Source: Acidimicrobiia bacterium
GTDB taxonomy: Bacteria > Actinomycetota > Acidimicrobiia > Spongiisociales > ZC4RG35
Assembly: GCA_013812505.1 (NCBI GenBank)
Contig: JACCTH010000017.1
Location: 19,400-83,399 of the forward strand
Direction: 5' to 3'
DNA: 64,000 nucleotides
A model generated the notes under the pieces. It searched no databases, was not told where the DNA came from, and was given only the letters and a program-made list of their open reading frames with translations. Shown here piece by piece: positions 35,258-43,764 of the stretch. The translations under genes and the position numbers were made by a program. Within the stretch, counting starts at the first letter, position 1. Each line of letters opens with the position of its first letter.

Positions 35258-36471
35258 ATGGCCGAAGCTGTTGACGTTGTGGTGGTCGGCGCAGGACAGG
35301 CCGGTCTCTCCCTGAGCTACGAGCTCTCTCACGCAGGGGTCGAGCATGTCGTCCTCGAGCGCGGCAAGGTAGGCGAGACGTGGCGGGGACGTTGGGACAG
35401 CTTCTGCCTGGTACTCCCCAACTGGACTTTGCAGCTCCCAGGCGGCCACTACTAAGGGAGCGATCCCGATGGGTTCATGCCCCGAGACAATGTCGTGAGC
35501 CATCTCGCTGCCTACGCCAACAGCTTCGTTGCACCCGTGCGCGAGGGCGTCAATGTGTCTTCCGTATATCCAGGCGACGACGGCCGCTTCAACCTTTCCA
35601 CACCGTCGGGCGACATTCGCGCCCGTCGAGTCGTGCTCGCCGCCGGTTCATACCAGAAGCCCCATCGACCGGTGCGGATCAGCTCCCTATGTCGGTTCAT
35701 GTCTTGGACGCTGAGGATTACACAAACGGCGAGGCGCTTCCACCGGGCAAGCTGCTCGTGATCGGGAGCGGGCAGACCGGCTGCCAGCTCGCTGAAGAGC
35801 TTCGCGAAGGGGGCCGGGATGTGTTCCTCGCCTGCGGGCGCGCCCCATGGGTTCCCCGAAGGCTCGGTGACCGGGACATCCTCGCCTGGATCACTGAGAC
35901 GTCATTCTTGGAGAGCACGTTGGCGGACCTCCCCAGCCCCGCCGCGCGTCTGGGGGCCAACCCGCAGCTCAGCGGTGGTCGAGGAGGTCACGACCTCAAC
36001 TACCGAACATTGCAAGCTCAGGGCGTCAACCTGTTGGGGCACTTCGTCGGTGCTCAGGACGGCGCAGCTCATTTCGCTCTCGACCTCGCCGAGTCGGTGG
36101 CCTTCGGCGACGCCCGCTATGCGGACCTCTGCGGTCTCATCCGTGAGACCTGTGTCGCGCGTGGCACAGAGGCTCCCGACATGTCACCGCCTTCGCCCTT
36201 TGCAGCTAGCCCAGCCGAGCGATTGGAACTCAGCAACTTTGGTGCCGTCATCTTTACCTCCGGGTTCCGCCCGGATTACGCGCGCTGGGTCAGGTTCCCC
36301 GTCGCCTTTGACGACCTGGGTTTCCCGATCCAGCAGGACGGCTGCAGCATGAATGTCCCGGGACTGAATTTCATGGGCGTGCACTTCCAGCGCAAGCGCA
36401 AGTCCGCGACGTTCCTCGGGGTAGGCGAAGACGCGGCGGTCCTCGCCGAGATCATCGCTCGTTCGACCTGA
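35258..36471 (+). pseudogene. FAD-dependent (flavin monooxygenase-like) oxidoreductase, disrupted
   Basis: N-terminal [12 protein letters not shown] dinucleotide fold. In-frame TAA at 35453-35455 (..[19 protein letters not shown]..). A frame change near 35660-35680 lies between ..VVLAAGSYQKPHRP and ..GADQLP.SVHVLDAEDY..LLVIGSGQTGCQLAEEL (second GxGxxG). Confidence 0.8.
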
Positions 36472-36560
36472 GGCTGCATCCCTTAGTAGATGGCATCCGC
36501 GACCTTCATTGAAGAATCACGACGTCGCGCAAGGAACCCAGGATCTTTGTGCAAATCGCT

Positions 36561-36593
36561 GGTAGTGGGTCAGGTTCAAACTGCCCCACTACC
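36561..36593. terminator. 13-bp-stem hairpin GGTAGTGGGTCAG-gttcaaa-CTGCCCCACTACC between convergent genes
   Basis: One mismatch in the stem. It overlaps the PPIase stop codon (36589-36591). No clear U-tract, so terminator function is inferred from position only. Confidence 0.45.
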
Positions 36594-37092
36594 GGGTTTC
36601 GGTGAGGGTCACCGAGTTAATGACCGCATCCTCGGTGGGCTTTTCTGCCCGCGTCGGTAATGCGGCGATCGCGTCGACCGCTTCCATGCCGTCGGTGACC
36701 TTGCCAAAGATCGTGTAAGCGTGCGGTAGGCCCGCATTCTTGAGGCAGATGAAGAACTGCGAGCCGTTGGTGTTGGGGCCGGCGTTGGCCATCGCCACGA
36801 CCCCTCGGTCGTAGCTGCCCGCGCCTTCAAGCTCGTCGCGAAACTTGTAACCGGGGCCACCGCTGCCGGTGCCAGTCGGGTCGCCGCCCTGGATTACGAA
36901 CCCCGGCACGACCCGGTGGAAGGTCACGCCGTCGTAGTAACCCTCACGCGCCAGGAAGACGAAGTTGTTGACCGTCTGCGGCGACCGTTCGGGATCAAGC
37001 TCGATCGTGATCTGACCGTGATTCGTATCCAACACCGCCGTGTACTTGTTCGAAAGCTCAATCGTCAACTCCGGCGCGCTCTTATATTGCAC
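36589..37092 (-). CDS. cyclophilin-type peptidyl-prolyl cis-trans isomerase
   Basis: 167 aa. FHRVVPGFVIQGGDP and MANAGPNTNGSQFFI blocks. GTG start. Confidence 0.92.
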   Translation of the reverse strand: MQYKSAPELTIELSNKYTAVLDTNHGQITIELDPERSPQTVNNFVFLAREGYYDGVTFHRVVPGFVIQGGDPTGTGSGGPGYKFRDELEGAGSYDRGVVAMANAGPNTNGSQFFICLKNAGLPHAYTIFGKVTDGMEAVDAIAALPTRAEKPTEDAVINSVTLTETR

Positions 37093-37106
37093 ACATCCAC
37101 CTTAAG

Positions 37107-37157
37107 GCGAACCCTGGGTTCGCAGGGATACACAGTGTCCCTCCGAGCCCACAGAAC
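37107..37157 (+). repeat. 51-bp intergenic element, copy 1 (GCGAACCCTGGGTTC - 24-nt hairpin module - AGCCCACAGAAC)
   Basis: Read directly from sequence. The 5' module is an 8-1-8 palindrome (GCGAACCC T GGGTTCGC). The middle contains AGGGA..CACAGTG..TCCCT. Confidence 0.85.
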
Positions 37158-37217
37158 AGACCCCTTCCAATTAGCTGATTCTTCTGGCACGTTGGAGGAA
37201 TGAAAGTTGATTAACAA

Positions 37218-38100
37218 TTGGGCGTTCTAGCCGCGTCCGAAGCGGGATACCTCGGCCACGACCAGGTGATTAGCCGGGGCATGAGCGAGGCTGCAATCAA
37301 GTATCGGCTGCGGAAGGGCCTCTGGCTCCCGGCATCGAGGGGGCTATATCGGGTGGACGGCGTATCTGGCGATTATCAGGGTTTGCTCCGGGGGGCGACA
37401 GCGATCCTGCCTGACGCGACTGTGTCTTATCAGTCGGCTGCAGAAATTCACCAAATGGCCCACGTCCGTCGCGGGAAGGCCGTGGTAACGGTCCATGCCG
37501 GCACGACTCATCAGTTCCCGGGCGTCACGATCCATCGATCGATTGACCTCTTCTCGCATCATCGGTTGATGTGCGCCGGCATGCTGACGACTTCACCCGC
37601 CCGCACTCTGGTCGATCTACCGGCAGTCCTAAAACCTGAGCACATGGCGCGAGTCTTGGACGAGGCGTTGGCTTCTGGGATTGTCACCATCGATGAGGTC
37701 GAAATGATCTTCATCGAGGTGGCGCGGCGAGGTCGCGATGGATCGGCGCTTATGGGAGCGCTCTTGAACGAGCGGGTGGTTCTGATCTCGTCACCGCCAC
37801 GCGGCTGGAACGGCTTGGTATGCAACTATTCGAGAACGGTGGGCTGCCCAAACCGGTCTTTCAATATCCAGCACCGTGGGATCCGATGCGCCGAATCGAT
37901 TTCGCCTGGCCGGAGTACCTCGTTGGTTGCGAGTGCGATAGCAGCGCTGGCACACTCGTGTCGCCGATTTTCAGAACGACCGCTCCCGGGACAACCTTGC
38001 CCTCAACCACAACTGGCGAATCTTTCGCTTCACTTGGGAGGACTTTCGCCTGCGCCCCGGACTCGTTGTGGCGCAGCTGCGGACGGCGCTGGCGGCGTAA
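37218..38100 (+). pseudogene. AbiEi_4-like N-terminal / DUF559 (Vsr-like endonuclease) C-terminal protein, disrupted by at least two frameshifts
   Basis: The product must be read in three frames. Frame a runs to ..ALLNER. Frame b gives DLVTATRLERLGMQLFENGGLPKPVFQYPAPWDPMRRIDFAWPEYLVGCECDS. Frame c gives RWHTRVADFQNDRSRDNLALNHNWRIFRFTWEDFRLRPGLVVAQLRTALAA* (TAA 38098-38100). The shifts lie near 37.78 kb and 37.94 kb. Confidence 0.75.
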
Positions 38101-38106
38101 TCGATC

Positions 38107-38157
38107 GTTCTGTGGGCTGGCAGGGATACACAGTGTTCCCGAGAACCCTGGGTTCGC
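38107..38157 (-). repeat. 51-bp intergenic element, copy 2 (outer modules inverted relative to copy 1, middle module in the same orientation)
   Basis: GTTCTGTGGGCT-GGCAGGGATACACAGTGTTCCCGA-GAACCCTGGGTTCGC. The reverse complement matches copy 1 at 39 of 51 positions, best at both ends. Confidence 0.85.
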
Positions 38158-38159
38158 AA

Positions 38160-38909
38160 TTAGAACAACGCGGACGCCAAGCGGCGGCGGTACTCCAGAG
38201 TGAGCGGGTGGTCGGGGCCCAGCAGGTCGAAGAGGTCGATCATCGTCAAGCGAGCGGCCTCTTTTTCCTCTCCGCCGGCCTCAACCGTCCCCAGTAAGCG
38301 GGGGAGCGCGGCCTCGGGGTCGGAGAGGTTCGCCTCGCCGCTCGACACGAGCCGCGCCGCCGCCATCATCTGCCGAACCTCCGCGGTTGGTGCCTGCCGT
38401 TCGAGGACCGCCAGCGCCTCGTCGGTCGCGCCTTCCTCGATCAAGAGCCCGCCCAGCGTGAGCGCCGCCTCCTGGTTGTTGGGATCGACGTCGAGAATCT
38501 CCGCGAGGCGTTCCTTGGCCAGGTCGACCTGGCCGGCGTCGATCATCGCTTCCACTGCCACGACCCGCTCATCCGTCTTCGGGGGAACCAAGCGGGAGAT
38601 GAAGTCGCGCACCTCAGCTTCTGGCACGGCTCCCGTGAACGTGGCGACTGGCTGTCCGTCCTTGAAAGCGATCACGGTCGGGATGCTTTGCACCCCAAAC
38701 GCCAGGGAAACCTGCTGGTTTGCGTCAACATCGATCTTTGCGAGGGTGAAGCCGCTCTCGGGCTCGTTGGCGACCCGCTCGAGGATCGGCCCCAGCGTCT
38801 TGCAGGGCTCGCACCAGCTCGCCCAAAAGTCGACGACCACCGGCGCCGTTTTCGAAGCTTCGAGTACTTTGGTCTGGAACTCGGCTTCGGTTACCTCGAT
38901 GACGCTCAT
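38160..38909 (-). CDS. thioredoxin-domain protein with a TPR-like C-terminal region (YbbN/CnoX-like)
   Basis: The internal ATG at 38909 gives MSVIEVTEAEFQTKVL..VVVDFWASWCEPCK (thioredoxin fold, WCxPC). The helical C-terminal half is Ala/Leu/Glu-rich. The longer listed ORF (to 39041) would overlap dapA. Confidence 0.8.
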   Translation of the reverse strand: MSVIEVTEAEFQTKVLEASKTAPVVVDFWASWCEPCKTLGPILERVANEPESGFTLAKIDVDANQQVSLAFGVQSIPTVIAFKDGQPVATFTGAVPEAEVRDFISRLVPPKTDERVVAVEAMIDAGQVDLAKERLAEILDVDPNNQEAALTLGGLLIEEGATDEALAVLERQAPTAEVRQMMAAARLVSSGEANLSDPEAALPRLLGTVEAGGEEKEAARLTMIDLFDLLGPDHPLTLEYRRRLASALF

Positions 38910-38958
38910 TAGGGGAGGGTAGTTCGCTGGGTAAGCTCTGGAATGAGCTACCACGGAG

Positions 38959-39837
38959 TTGCGATTGGCCGTCTTCGGCCGGGTCCTAACCGCGATGATC
39001 ACCCCGTTTGGAGAGGACGGAGAGATCGACCACGAACGCACCTGGAACCTGGCGCGTCATCTCGTCGCGCAAGGTTCTGACGGCCTCGTCGTCACCGGCA
39101 CGACGGGTGAGTCTCCAACTCTGTCCGAGGACGAAAAGGTCGCGACCTATCGGACGGTGGTCGAAGCGGTCGCGGGCAAGAAGACAAAGGTGATAGCCGG
39201 CACTGGCACCTACAACACCGCCGAGTCCGTCCATCTGAGCCAGCGAGCCGCCGCAGCAGGTTGCGACGGCATCCTGGCGGTGACCCCTTATTACAACCGC
39301 CCGAGCCAGGAAGGTTTGGTGGCGCATTTCCGCGCCATTGCCGATGCCACCGACCTGCCGGTCCTCCTCTACAACATTCCCGGCCGCACGGCGCGCCTTA
39401 TCGAGATCGAGACATTGAAAAAGCTCTCTGATCACCCGCGGATCGTCGCAGTCAAAGATGCGGTGATGGATATCGATTTCACCTCCCGGACCTGCGCCGA
39501 GGTTCCCGAGCTCGAGGTCTACTCGGGTCAGGACACGTACACCTGGCCGATGATGGCGGTTGGGGCGGTAGGAGTTGTATCGGTAATCTCCCACCTGGCC
39601 GGGCCGGCTGTCGCCGCCATGGTCAAGGCCGCCGCGGGCGGGGCTCTTGACCAGGCGAGGGACTTGCATCGCCGCCTTCTTCCGCTCGGGTTGGCGTGCT
39701 TCCTCGAGCCCAACCCCGCACCCGTCAAAGCCGCCCTCAACGCGATTTGGGAACCGGTCGGTCAGCCTCGGCTGCCATTGGTGGCGGCCTCCGATAGTAC
39801 GGTGACAGCGATCAAGGAAGCTCTCACCCACCTGTGA
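38959..39837 (+). CDS. dapA: 4-hydroxy-tetrahydrodipicolinate synthase
   Basis: 292 aa. FGRVLTAMITPF, GLVVTGTTGESPTLS and YNIPGRT blocks. TTG start. Confidence 0.92.
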   Translation: MRLAVFGRVLTAMITPFGEDGEIDHERTWNLARHLVAQGSDGLVVTGTTGESPTLSEDEKVATYRTVVEAVAGKKTKVIAGTGTYNTAESVHLSQRAAAAGCDGILAVTPYYNRPSQEGLVAHFRAIADATDLPVLLYNIPGRTARLIEIETLKKLSDHPRIVAVKDAVMDIDFTSRTCAEVPELEVYSGQDTYTWPMMAVGAVGVVSVISHLAGPAVAAMVKAAAGGALDQARDLHRRLLPLGLACFLEPNPAPVKAALNAIWEPVGQPRLPLVAASDSTVTAIKEALTHL

Positions 39838-41468
39838 CAGTCTCGGTGACATTTCTGGGCGGTCTCGGTGAGATTGGCCGCAACTCAGCGGCAGTCGAGG
39901 TCGACGGCAAGATTCTCGTGATCGATTGCGGGCTGATGTTCCCCCAGGAGGAAATGCTCGGGGTCGACCTGGTCTTCCCCGATTGGAGCTGGCTCACCGA
40001 ACGAAAAGGCGATGTCGTGGCGGTCGTCCTCACCCACGGCCATGAAGACCACATCGGTGCGCTGCCCTACTTCCTCCGCGAGATCAATGTGCCTGTCTTC
40101 GGCACGGCGATGACGTTGGGGCTTGCCCAGGGACGTATCGAAGAGTTGGGGGTAGAGGCTGATCTGCGAACGATCGACGTCGGCAACCCAACGACAATCG
40201 GCCCTTTCCGGTTTGCCATGGTCAGCGTTGCTCATTCGGTTCCCGATGCCTGCGCCGTCGCCGTCTCCACTCCCGAAGGGACCATCCTTCACACCGGCGA
40301 CTTCAAGCTCGACCCGACCCCCGTCGACGGCCGTGCCACCGACCTTTCGACGATGGCGTTGCTCGGACGCTCCGGGGTGCGTCTAATGCTCTCGGACTCG
40401 ACCAATGCCGAGCGGCCCGGGTTTGTGCCCTCGGAGCGGACAGTAGGGGACTCGATTCGCGACATCGTCGGCAACGCGGAGGGGCGAGTGATCGCGGCCT
40501 GCTTCTCCTCGCACATTCATCGCATCCAGCAGATAATCAACGCCGCGGTCGCCAATGGTCGACGGGTGGCGATCTTCGGCCGTTCGCTTCACCGCAACAC
40601 CGCTGTCGCCCAGAGTCTCGGACACCTGACGCTTCCCGAGGGCCTGGTGCTTGACATCACCGAGCTCCTCCAACTGCCGCCCGAACGCCAGCTCCTCATC
40701 ACGACGGGCAGCCAGGGTGAGCCTTTCGCCGCCCTTTCGCTCATGGCCCAGGGGCGGCATAAGTTCGTCGATGTCGGTGACGGCGACACGATTCTCCTTT
40801 CCGCCACTCCGATCCCCGGGAACGAAACCGCGGTTTCCCGTGTCATCAATCAGCTCCTCCGGCGCGGGGCGAAGGTGGTCCATGGGCGCAACGCCGCAGT
40901 CCACGTCTCCGGGCACGCCAACCGCGACGAGCTGCTCACTCTTCTCCATGTTGTCAAGCCCCGCGCGTTCGTCCCGGTCCACGGTGAGTATCGGCACCTC
41001 GCGGCCCATGCGGATTTGGCTCGGTTGGTCGGGGTTCCCGCCGTCGTTGTGTGCGAGGACGGTGATCGCCTCGTCCTCGACGGGTCTGAAACAAGAGTCG
41101 AGCGGCGGGCCGTCCCGGCTGGTTATGTCTACCTCGACGGCGATGGTCTCGGCGAGGTGCAAGGAGTGCTCCGCGACCGGAGCCATCTCGCAGATGAGGG
41201 AGTCGTCGTCGTGACCGTGGCGGTGTCACCTAACAACCGTGAGCTCGTCTACGGCCCCGACCTCCACAGCCATGGCGTGCTGGATGATCCCGAGCCGGTG
41301 CTCGAGAAAGCGGGCCAGGCCGTGCGCCAGGCCATCGACGAACGGCTCGCCAGCGGCGAAAGCGATATCTCCGTGCTGCAACAGGCGGTTCGGCAGGCTA
41401 CTGCCCGCGTCATCAAAGCCGAGATCGGCCGGCGCCCCGTGATCGTTCCTGTCGTGTTGGAGATGTAG
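39834..41468 (+). CDS. rnj: ribonuclease J
   Basis: 544 aa. MBL/beta-CASP: LTHGHEDHIG. GTGA overlap with dapA. Confidence 0.9.
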   Translation: MTVSVTFLGGLGEIGRNSAAVEVDGKILVIDCGLMFPQEEMLGVDLVFPDWSWLTERKGDVVAVVLTHGHEDHIGALPYFLREINVPVFGTAMTLGLAQGRIEELGVEADLRTIDVGNPTTIGPFRFAMVSVAHSVPDACAVAVSTPEGTILHTGDFKLDPTPVDGRATDLSTMALLGRSGVRLMLSDSTNAERPGFVPSERTVGDSIRDIVGNAEGRVIAACFSSHIHRIQQIINAAVANGRRVAIFGRSLHRNTAVAQSLGHLTLPEGLVLDITELLQLPPERQLLITTGSQGEPFAALSLMAQGRHKFVDVGDGDTILLSATPIPGNETAVSRVINQLLRRGAKVVHGRNAAVHVSGHANRDELLTLLHVVKPRAFVPVHGEYRHLAAHADLARLVGVPAVVVCEDGDRLVLDGSETRVERRAVPAGYVYLDGDGLGEVQGVLRDRSHLADEGVVVVTVAVSPNNRELVYGPDLHSHGVLDDPEPVLEKAGQAVRQAIDERLASGESDISVLQQAVRQATARVIKAEIGRRPVIVPVVLEM

Positions 41469-41504
41469 CCGCCTCCGTCTCCCAACCGTTAGGCTCTCGA
41501 GCAC

Positions 41505-43727
41505 ATGACCAAACGGACGCCCACCCGTCGGGGTGGCAGCGGGCGGAAGCGGGTGTCCAAATCAAAATCGTCTCAAGAACCTTCGTTCCGGGCCCGGCTG
41601 GCGGGTTTCCGGCAACGCATACGAGAACGCCTCGGACGTCAGACCGATGATGTCTGGGGCATGTTGCTGGTCGTCTTGTCGATCCTCATCGTGCTCGGTT
41701 TTCTCGCCCTCGCTGGCCCGGTCGGCAGCGGGGTCGCCCAAGGCCTCCACCTGCTGTTCGGACTCTGGCGATTTGTCGTCCCGGCGGTGATGTTGGCGAT
41801 TGGGGTCGGGTTGATTGCCGGCCGGCCCCGACAGGGATCGGGTCGGGTGGTGATCGGCGTCGTCACGATCTTCTTCGCCTCTCTGTCGCTATTCCACCTC
41901 TTCACGGGCGCCATCCCCCTCTTCCCTGAAGTCGAGGCGGTCAAGGCGCGCGGCGGTGCGGTCGGAGCCCTGATTGCCTACCCGCTGCGACGCCTCCTCG
42001 GTTCCTGGGGGGCGTTCGTCGTGCTCGCTTCGTTGATGGGGGTTGGAGTGCTGCTTCTCACCCGCACCACTGTCAAGGAAGTGGCGGCTGATGTCACCGC
42101 CTACCTTCGGGCGCTGCGTTCGCCCAAGCCGCGCCGGTCGCCTCCAGCCCCAAGTCGAAAGCTGGCATCAGCACCGCCCAAGGCCGCGCCCAAGCACGTT
42201 GCGGAAAAGCCCATCGCCAAGAAACCAAGTCAGCCGAAAGTCAAAGCGGCCCCGCCCACGGTTGCCCCAAGCGGTGGCTACCAACTACCCCCGCTCGATC
42301 TCCTCAAGGTCGGAGGCGGCGGTGAGCAGAGTCGAAAGGAGCTCGAAGAAACGGCATCTGAGCTGGAGGACACGCTGCGTCAGCACGGGGTCGATGCCCA
42401 ACTCACCAAGATCGTTCCCGGCCCCACCGTCACCCGGTTTGAGATCGAGCTCGCGCCGGGTGTCAAAGTCAATCGAGTTTCGAGCCTGGCCCACGACATC
42501 GCCTATGCGCTCGCCACTCCCGATGTGCGGCTGCTCGTCCCGATACCAGGAAAGTCGGCGATTGGGGTCGAAGTGCCCAACCGGCGCCGGCGGCTCGTCA
42601 CCCTCGGCGACGTGCTCCGCAGCCCGGAGGCGGAGACCGCCAGCCATCCGCTCGCCGTCGGACTCGGCGTCGACATCTCCGGCCGGGCCAAGATGCTCAA
42701 CCTTTCCGAGCTGCCCCATGTGCTCATCGCCGGTGCCACCGGGGCCGGCAAATCGTCGTGCATCAACTCGATCGTCACCTCGATGCTCATGCGCACCACC
42801 CCGGAAGACGTTCGCTTGATCATGGTCGACCCCAAGCGGGTCGAGCTCGGCCAGTACAACGGCGCTCCCCACCTTCTCACCCGCGTGATCACCAATCCGA
42901 AAAAGGCCGCCGAGGCCCTGAAATGGGCGGTTGCCGAGATGGACCGCCGCTATGACCTCCTGGCCGACGCCAAGGTCCGCGACATCTTCGGATATCGCAC
43001 CAAGCTCGACGCCGGCCAGCTTCCCCCCGAGGGCTTTGATCGTTTTCCTTACCTGGTGGTCATCGTCGATGAGCTGAACGACCTGATGATGGTGGCGGGG
43101 CGCGAGGTCGAGGAGGCGATCGTCCGCATTGCCCAAATGGCGCGGGCCGTCGGCATCCACCTGGTCATCGCGACCCAACGGCCTTCGGTCGACGTCATCA
43201 CCGGTGTGATCAAGGCCAACATCCCCTCCCGGCTGGCATTCTCGGTGGCGTCGCAAACCGACAGCCGGGTGATCATCGATTGCGCCGGCGCCGACAAGTT
43301 GATCGGCATGGGCGACATGCTGGTGGCGACTGCGGCCGAACCCCGTCCGACCCGCTACCAGGGGGCGTGGGTGAGCGAGGAAGAGGTCTCAGCCGTCGTC
43401 GAATGGTGCAAACAACAGCGAGAGGCTGACTACCAAGAGGCTGTCACCGAACGCACCGCCGAGGCGACGCCGGCCGATGGAACGGTCGACGATGATGAGG
43501 AGATGCTCGTTCGCCAGGCGATGGATCTCATCGTCCGGAGCCAGCTGGGCAGCACCTCGATGCTGCAACGGAAGCTTCGGATCGGCTTTGCCCGCGCCGG
43601 TCGGGTCATGGACATCCTCGAGCAGCGAGGTGTGGTCGGGCCTTCGGAAGGCTCCAAGGCGAGAGACGTTCTTATGACCACCGAAGAGCTCGAGGACTTG
43701 TACGAACGAGCCAGCGCGCCTGTCTAG
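41505..43727 (+). CDS. ftsK: DNA translocase FtsK/SpoIIIE
   Basis: 740 aa. N-terminal TM helices and a Pro/Ala/Lys linker. Motor with Walker A GATGAGKSS and Walker B VVIVDELNDLMM. C-terminal gamma wHTH (STSMLQRKLRIGFARAGRVMDILE). Confidence 0.92.
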   Translation: MTKRTPTRRGGSGRKRVSKSKSSQEPSFRARLAGFRQRIRERLGRQTDDVWGMLLVVLSILIVLGFLALAGPVGSGVAQGLHLLFGLWRFVVPAVMLAIGVGLIAGRPRQGSGRVVIGVVTIFFASLSLFHLFTGAIPLFPEVEAVKARGGAVGALIAYPLRRLLGSWGAFVVLASLMGVGVLLLTRTTVKEVAADVTAYLRALRSPKPRRSPPAPSRKLASAPPKAAPKHVAEKPIAKKPSQPKVKAAPPTVAPSGGYQLPPLDLLKVGGGGEQSRKELEETASELEDTLRQHGVDAQLTKIVPGPTVTRFEIELAPGVKVNRVSSLAHDIAYALATPDVRLLVPIPGKSAIGVEVPNRRRRLVTLGDVLRSPEAETASHPLAVGLGVDISGRAKMLNLSELPHVLIAGATGAGKSSCINSIVTSMLMRTTPEDVRLIMVDPKRVELGQYNGAPHLLTRVITNPKKAAEALKWAVAEMDRRYDLLADAKVRDIFGYRTKLDAGQLPPEGFDRFPYLVVIVDELNDLMMVAGREVEEAIVRIAQMARAVGIHLVIATQRPSVDVITGVIKANIPSRLAFSVASQTDSRVIIDCAGADKLIGMGDMLVATAAEPRPTRYQGAWVSEEEVSAVVEWCKQQREADYQEAVTERTAEATPADGTVDDDEEMLVRQAMDLIVRSQLGSTSMLQRKLRIGFARAGRVMDILEQRGVVGPSEGSKARDVLMTTEELEDLYERASAPV

Positions 43728-43764
43728 CAAGTCGCCCTGATCGCTACGCTCGAATCCCTCGCGC

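Noticed and set aside
35453-35455. In-frame TAA in the monooxygenase-like gene, considered as programmed recoding or readthrough
   Set aside because: TAA is not a known recoding codon (UGA and UAG are used for Sec and Pyl), no SECIS-like context is apparent, and the same gene also carries a frameshift. Pseudogenisation, or a sequencing error, is the parsimonious reading.
36561-36593. GGTTCAAAC-containing hairpin and its 17-nt direct repeat at 35082, considered as a tRNA 3'-end fragment or att site of an integrated element
   Set aside because: The T-loop closing pair and acceptor/CCA context do not fit a tRNA, no tRNA gene or integrase is present, and the enclosed segment holds only one decayed metabolic gene.
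37131-37137. CACAGTG heptamer (identical to the V(D)J RSS heptamer) in the middle module of the 51-bp repeat
   Set aside because: A 7-nt palindromic match is expected by chance and has no plausible mechanistic link in a bacterium. It is noted only as the loop/stem core of the hairpin.
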